Source of the DNA: Escherichia phage M01
DNA: 45,294 nt
Sequence record: OR061069
Direction: 5' to 3' (one strand)
Shown: positions 40,786 to 45,294 of the stretch, one piece after another
How positions within the stretch are numbered: position 1 is the first letter of the stretch
Layout: each line of letters opens with the position of its first letter
Notes under the pieces: generated by a model
Database searches by the model: none
What the model saw: the letters and a program-made list of their open reading frames with translations, nothing else
Told to the model about the DNA's origin: nothing
Made by a program: the position numbers and the translations under genes

Positions 40786-40920
40786 CAGGTCAATAGGTTA
40801 CTATTTGACTGAGTGACTTACGCTGCTACACAGCAGCGTACAACTTTAGATTAGTGTCGTCAAAAAGCGACACTTTCACCGAACGCAACAATAGAAGCGA
40901 TTATTGCAGGAGATGCAACA

Positions 40921-41151
40921 ATGAAACTAACGAAACGACAGGCAGAGACCCTACGGGAAATAGCGAACGGCAGAACTATGCTCATGGGCAGGTTCGACCG
41001 TTACTGGTGGCAAGATTCTGATGAGTTATGCACTATGGTCGCCAGACGCCTCCGTAGTAAAGGGCTTATAAGAACCGTGTACCTCAATGCTGCTCGTGAT
41101 GTGGTTCAGATAACCGGAGCGGGTGAAAGCGAGTTACTAAAACACCAATAA
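40921..41151 (+). CDS. hypothetical protein (76 aa)
   Basis: ORF track. Confidence 0.4.
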   Translation: MKLTKRQAETLREIANGRTMLMGRFDRYWWQDSDELCTMVARRLRSKGLIRTVYLNAARDVVQITGAGESELLKHQ

Positions 41152-41169
41152 AATTTACTTGCACACTGA

Positions 41170-41199
41170 GATAGAATAGACTACTATTCATTTACACAA
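41170..41199 (+). promoter_or_regulatory. promoter with IR copy (-10 TAGAAT, aatag-acta-ctatt)
   Basis: upstream of ATG 41218. Confidence 0.45.
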
Positions 41200-41217
41200 A
41201 CGAGAGGGAGAGAGAAT

Positions 41218-41754
41218 ATGAGTAACAAAAACGAAGTATTCGAGTACCTGATTGACCAGTTACGGCAGCAGGTAAATAAGAAAGATGTCACATCTTTCAG
41301 TGTGTCTGTGCGGATATCCGACCTTGATGAGGTCAAGCAGGTAATTCACAACCTACAGCAGCATATCGCTGGTAAGGATGACGAAATACGGGCGCTGAAA
41401 GACAGTTTACGCCGGCAGGCGGATAACAACCTGTACAAGCAACAGTGCGAAGACCTGGCGCATGAGGTGCAGTCACTTAAGAATCAGTTACGTGACGCGT
41501 CGGCGCAGATTAAGGAGTTGCATCTTGCATTGGCTACAGCTACTGGTGACGTGGAGGCGTACAAACTTATCCGTAAAGGTGGGCGCATTTCTGATGGTCA
41601 GAGCTACGTAGTAGGTGAACACGGACCTGAGCAATCTGGTTGCTGTAAGGAAGACGTGAGGCTGTCTGTATGCCAGTGCGTTCCTGCCCACTGCGGAACT
41701 TACCACGGCAATATCGTAGTCTGCGATAACCGCGGCGGGGTTATACCCGAATGA
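41218..41754 (+). CDS. coiled-coil protein with Cys-rich C-terminus
   Basis: 178 aa; RBS gagggagagag. Confidence 0.45.
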   Translation: MSNKNEVFEYLIDQLRQQVNKKDVTSFSVSVRISDLDEVKQVIHNLQQHIAGKDDEIRALKDSLRRQADNNLYKQQCEDLAHEVQSLKNQLRDASAQIKELHLALATATGDVEAYKLIRKGGRISDGQSYVVGEHGPEQSGCCKEDVRLSVCQCVPAHCGTYHGNIVVCDNRGGVIPE

Positions 41755-41954
41755 CCAGCATCTTATTTATATGGGTGTTGCACGCGGGCCAGATGCACCT
41801 CGCGGCATCAGAAACGTTTTACTCGATGGAGGCGTGCCAGTCAGCGGCACGCGCCGCTGAGAACGCGCACTTCCTGTTTCAGGGCGACAAGCCCAACGAT
41901 TCAGAGGTACGCGCTATCTGCTCACCTAAGCGACTTGGAAAACAGGAGAAGTGA
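41751..41954 (+). CDS. hypothetical protein (67 aa)
   Basis: ORF track. Confidence 0.35.
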   Translation: MTSILFIWVLHAGQMHLAASETFYSMEACQSAARAAENAHFLFQGDKPNDSEVRAICSPKRLGKQEK

Positions 41955-42471
41955 TTGTGGTACAGAGATATTCGTAAGTATGGGTCTGATGAAGCATGGT
42001 CATTGACCGCCACGGGAAGTGGGTTAAGTTTGAGGACTACCAGTAAGCTTGACCTGAAGCTGTACGCGAAGCTGGAGCGCAAGCTGCTGAACTACAAAGA
42101 CCAGTATCGCACGCGCCTTATGTCGAAAGTTGCGCGAAGAAATGGGTCAGTTACGACATGTGTCAGGGATGGAGTGATGTCTCTCGCAACTGACATCCTG
42201 AAACGAAGCGGCCTTGCGCCGCTGTCGCCGAGAGCAAACACCCGAATATACAAGCGCTGCCGTAATGCGCTGTACCATGAGATACAGGCACAGGCGCAAA
42301 GCTGTCCGCGCCTGCGGATTCCAGAACGGGAAGGCCGTGAATCTCGGTGAGTTTAAAACACAGGAACGCGCAGCTATCGCTAATCGGCTATTTAATTACT
42401 GGAAATCGCTGGGGTACGATGATATTCCAACGAAACCGCAGAGACGACAATACATCTGGAGACACAAATGA
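41955..42471 (+). CDS. putative endonuclease with AP2-like C-terminal domain, frameshifted
   Basis: GKAVNLGEFKTQERAAIA resembles AP2 domain of HNH endonucleases. Confidence 0.35.
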
Positions 42472-42909
42472 CTACTATCGCATTTGATGGAAAGACAATG
42501 GCCTGTGATACACGCGTTGTGTGCGGAAGTAACTGCTACAACACTGACACAAAGATATACGAGAATGATACTTATGTTATAGGTGTAGCGGGTGATGCTG
42601 GAGTTGGCACTATGCTTATCGACTGCCCGTATATCCTCCAGGCCAGACCATTACGAATTCGATTTCGAAGCCCTGGTGTTCGTGAAAGACACAGAAAAGG
42701 TGTACAAAGTCGCGTTCTATAAATCATGGGATTGTGCACTTAGTTCAGTTATTCCGGTTGCTGATGTGTACGCCGCCGTGGGGTCTGGCTCGCCATATGC
42801 ATTAGCCGCTATGGAGTGCGAATATTCGGCGCATGGCGGCGTAGCCGTTGCATCGAAGTTCGACACTAACACCGGCGGCAAGATTATTACCAAACAACTA
42901 TTAGGATAA
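42468..42909 (+). CDS. Ntn-hydrolase (HslV / proteasome beta-like) protein, frameshift near 42640-42660
   Basis: N-terminal MTTIAFDG, then VIGVAGDAG and GSGSPYALAAME. Confidence 0.45.
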
Positions 42910-42968
42910 TTCCTACCCGTGGTATCCTCCAGTTACTGCATACTTAATACGCACCTGGAGGATTCATC

Positions 42969-43278
42969 TTGGATAAATTTACTGAAACAGTGACGGGGTG
43001 GCTTCTGGCTGCCGCACTAGCTGGTGGGGTAATCGGACTAAGACAACATAAGTCCATTATTTCTGGCCCTATCGATGGCTTCTGCTTTATTGCAACCGGC
43101 TTCACCTGCGCAGTATTTGGCGCGCCTCTCGCAGCTCAATGGTTTGGAATCACGGGCGACCGTGAAATCGCCGGGCCTGGGCTTCATTATCGCTATTCTC
43201 TGGATGCCTATCTATTCCCGCCTCTCTGGCATCGTCGCCGGAGAATACATCGCACGTCGAGGAGGCCCGGATGAATGA
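42969..43278 (+). CDS. holin (three TM segments), TTG start, frameshift near 43170
   Basis: RBS ggagga; hydrophobic segments in two frames; directly upstream of endolysin. Confidence 0.5.
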
Positions 43279-43543
43279 GCTATTCTGGTTCGGCGGTATG
43301 CTGGCAATCGGAGGCACATCGCTGTTTAATGTGTATCACCCCAGCGTGAACGACGGGCTGTTTGGTCGGGTGCTCTATATCCTGACCGCTATCGTCTGCG
43401 CCGCCGGATGTATCCACCTGTTACAGGGCAGCATGTCACCAACGTTGCCGGAGACATTAATCACATTAGTTGCGCTGCGTCAGATTCGTCAGGCGTGGCT
43501 GTCATACGGAGGATATAAGCGTGTCTCGAAACATTTCAGATAA
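43271..43543 (+). CDS. membrane protein (second holin / antiholin candidate)
   Basis: two hydrophobic segments. Confidence 0.4.
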   Translation: MNELFWFGGMLAIGGTSLFNVYHPSVNDGLFGRVLYILTAIVCAAGCIHLLQGSMSPTLPETLITLVALRQIRQAWLSYGGYKRVSKHFR

Positions 43544-44009
43544 CGGACTGCATTTCACCGCCGCGTTTGAGGGATTTCCGTGGAACTGCGTATCGTGCTA
43601 CGCCTGAACGAGAAGTACCTGACTATAGGCTACGGTCACTACGGACCAGACGTAACACCAGGTAAGACCATCACACCAGGACAGGGCTTGCTGTTACTGA
43701 ATCGCGATATGGCTAAGGCTGTAGCTGCTGTTGACGCAGCAGCACACCATTCACTGACACAGGCACAGTTCGATGCGGTGTGTGACCTGGTGTATAACGC
43801 CGGTGCTGGCGTGATTGCCGTCTACTACGGGCACAGGCAAGGCACTGCGCTCAGGAGATATTGCAACACTGCGTGCCAAGCTGGCGCTGTTCATCAACCA
43901 GAACGGCAAGCCGTTACTCGGCCTGCGTCGCCGTACAGCCGGACGTCTGGCGCTGTTCGACGGTAAACCGTGGCAAGAGGCTGAGGCGATTGGGAGGGCT
44001 GTTAAATGA
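43521..44009 (+). CDS. endolysin (GH24 lysozyme-like), frameshifts near 43570 and 43830
   Basis: LTIGYGHYG and DAVCDLVYNAGAG motifs across frames. Confidence 0.65.
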
Positions 44010-44122
44010 GTAGACGTGAAATTTTAGATGAAATGGTTGCGTTAGCTGACCGTATATCCGAGATTGTTTCGGAAATGGAAAGTAGGAAAAAAGCGATGAT
44101 GGAAGAAAACTGGGATGTATAG
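44006..44122 (+). CDS. hypothetical small protein (38 aa)
   Basis: ATG overlaps endolysin stop. Confidence 0.25.
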   Translation: MSRREILDEMVALADRISEIVSEMESRKKAMMEENWDV

Positions 44123-44226
44123 TAATCTTATCCCTACGCTGCTTGTGCTTGCATACTAAGCCCTGGTAAACCTGAAGCAGCAGCCCAAGCGGTGGAGACT
44201 GCGTAGGGTTCAGGGGCTTATGGCCA

Positions 44227-44258
44227 AAACCCGGACCGCGAATCCGGGTTTTATTTTA
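44227..44258. terminator. bidirectional intrinsic terminator
   Basis: aaaa-cccgga-ccgcgaa-tccggg-tttt. Confidence 0.55.
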
Positions 44259-44330
44259 CCAATTGACACCTAAGACTAATCCGACGATACTTAAATCACC
44301 TCCTGTTCCATCCCTCTGCTATCCAGTTTA

Positions 44331-44362
44331 TCCCGGCCCTGACCCAGCCGGGATTTTTTTAT
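44331..44362 (+). terminator. intrinsic terminator
   Basis: cccggc-cctgaccca-gccggg then TTTTTTT. Confidence 0.55.
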
Positions 44363-44380
44363 CTATTTTCTGCAATGACT

Positions 44381-44416
44381 AGTTGACTATTACCTTACGA
44401 CCCTATTATATTTACT
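44381..44416 (+). promoter_or_regulatory. sigma70 promoter (-35 TTGACT, -10 TATATT) with half IR
   Basis: ccctattatatt matches right half of 25-bp element. Confidence 0.5.
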
Positions 44417-44445
44417 TCATCGACAACGAGAACGGAGTAGAGAAG

Positions 44446-44595
44446 ATGAAAATCACAGATATCGAAGCCTTCAAAGACGCACAACTGATGGCACGCATCG
44501 CCGTTGGTAACCTGAGCAACAGCATTCCAGCGGACGCGTTCTGGTTCGCCGCGATGCAGACACTGAAAGCAGCTTATGCAGGAGAGAAGAAATGA
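44446..44595 (+). CDS. hypothetical small early protein (49 aa)
   Basis: RBS ggagtagagaag. Confidence 0.4.
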   Translation: MKITDIEAFKDAQLMARIAVGNLSNSIPADAFWFAAMQTLKAAYAGEKK

Positions 44596-44789
44596 AAGTT
44601 AAAGCCGCTAAAATTCTCTGGTTAGCCACCCTTGACTATGTGACAGAGGGTAAAGTGTATGATGTATACAACCCGACAGCTACTGGTTTCGGTTATATAG
44701 TCTCCGACGACGACTGCGATATTTTCATAGACTTTGGTAACGATGAAGGTGATGGTTTCCACGGCGTTAAATGGGAGGTTGTAGAATGA
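44592..44789 (+). CDS. hypothetical acidic protein (65 aa)
   Basis: ATGA overlap. Confidence 0.4.
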   Translation: MKVKAAKILWLATLDYVTEGKVYDVYNPTATGFGYIVSDDDCDIFIDFGNDEGDGFHGVKWEVVE

Positions 44790-44941
44790 GCGAACAAGGT
44801 CAAGTAAGCCAACCATTACGAGTAGGCCGCAAAGTTAGTCACACCCCGTTCCCTACACGCGAGGAACTGATGAAACGTAACAGTTTCCCTGGGCCGGACA
44901 AGAACAAGTATCTCAATCGCATGTGGGGAGAGAAGAAATGA
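44786..44941 (+). CDS. hypothetical protein (51 aa)
   Basis: ATGA overlap. Confidence 0.35.
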   Translation: MSEQGQVSQPLRVGRKVSHTPFPTREELMKRNSFPGPDKNKYLNRMWGEKK

Positions 44942-45135
44942 CTGACCGCGAATACGAAAAGATGATGGTAGAGGCTGTTAACGGCGGCGTAGACATCAGC
45001 CACGTGATGCACGTCCTGAATACTAAAATCGCTGTAGCTGAACAAATGGTAGAGTCGCTTTACGAGACACGTCGTGAACTGATTAACCGCTTCAACCTTA
45101 ACAAAGCCTCCGGTGATGGGTATGAAAGCGCCTGA
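44938..45135 (+). CDS. hypothetical protein (65 aa)
   Basis: ATGA overlap. Confidence 0.4.
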   Translation: MTDREYEKMMVEAVNGGVDISHVMHVLNTKIAVAEQMVESLYETRRELINRFNLNKASGDGYESA

Positions 45136-45294
45136 GCCAGTAGTTATAGATGGCGTCTTGTGGAAACCCTACTCGGTTAACCATATCGACGCCGACGGGA
45201 AGAAGTTCAGCTTCTACATTTTTGCAATTAGCCGTGAGCACGCTGCGTGTGTAGTAGACGATATACGAGAAACGGCGTGGCTTGGCGATGAGAT
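45122..45294 (+). CDS. hypothetical protein, 3-prime partial at window end
   Basis: ATG 45122; open to end of window. Confidence 0.3.
   Translation, partial: MKAPEPVVIDGVLWKPYSVNHIDADGKKFSFYIFAISREHAACVVDDIRETAWLGDE

Noticed and set aside
44132-44208. 76-nt segment with 7-bp complementary ends, considered as a tRNA
   Set aside because: No T-loop (GTTCRA) or D-loop motifs on either strand; more likely an imperfect long hairpin in the terminator-rich region after the lysis genes.
1-45294. CRISPR array, integrase or attachment site, rRNA
   Set aside because: No regularly spaced direct repeats, no tyrosine or serine recombinase-like ORF, and no rRNA-like sequence were seen.

Overview
The window reads as a near-complete genome of a tailed dsDNA phage (siphovirus type), apparently linearised inside its early region. 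Plus strand 881-25920 carries packaging, head and tail genes in lambda-like order (terS, terL, portal, head morphogenesis, scaffold, major capsid, major tail, G/GT chaperone, tape measure, M/L/K/I-J, tailspike). Minus strand 25949-38581 carries the replication and recombination module (TOPRIM primase, SNF2 helicase, HNH endonuclease, VRR-NUC, family A DNA polymerase, gp2.5-like SSB, Cas4-like exonuclease, PrimPol-helicase). Plus strand 39094-45294 and 13-753 carry small early genes, a holin/endolysin cassette and an Ntn-hydrolase-like gene. No integrase or CI-like repressor was found, so the phage is probably virulent; the layout resembles Jersey-like phages from memory only. The most unusual content is a minus-strand cassette inside the tail module (13439-16000: P-loop kinase, T4 Pnk-like HAD phosphatase, HTH-Mre11-like phosphoesterase, secreted protein) and a recurring inverted-repeat promoter/operator element (core AATAG-N4-CTATT) found at about ten sites. 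Many genes are split by frameshifts, several at homopolymer runs, which points to indel sequencing errors rather than decay; frameshifted genes are reported as merged CDS with approximate boundaries. All functional calls rest on motifs recognised by eye; no database search was run.
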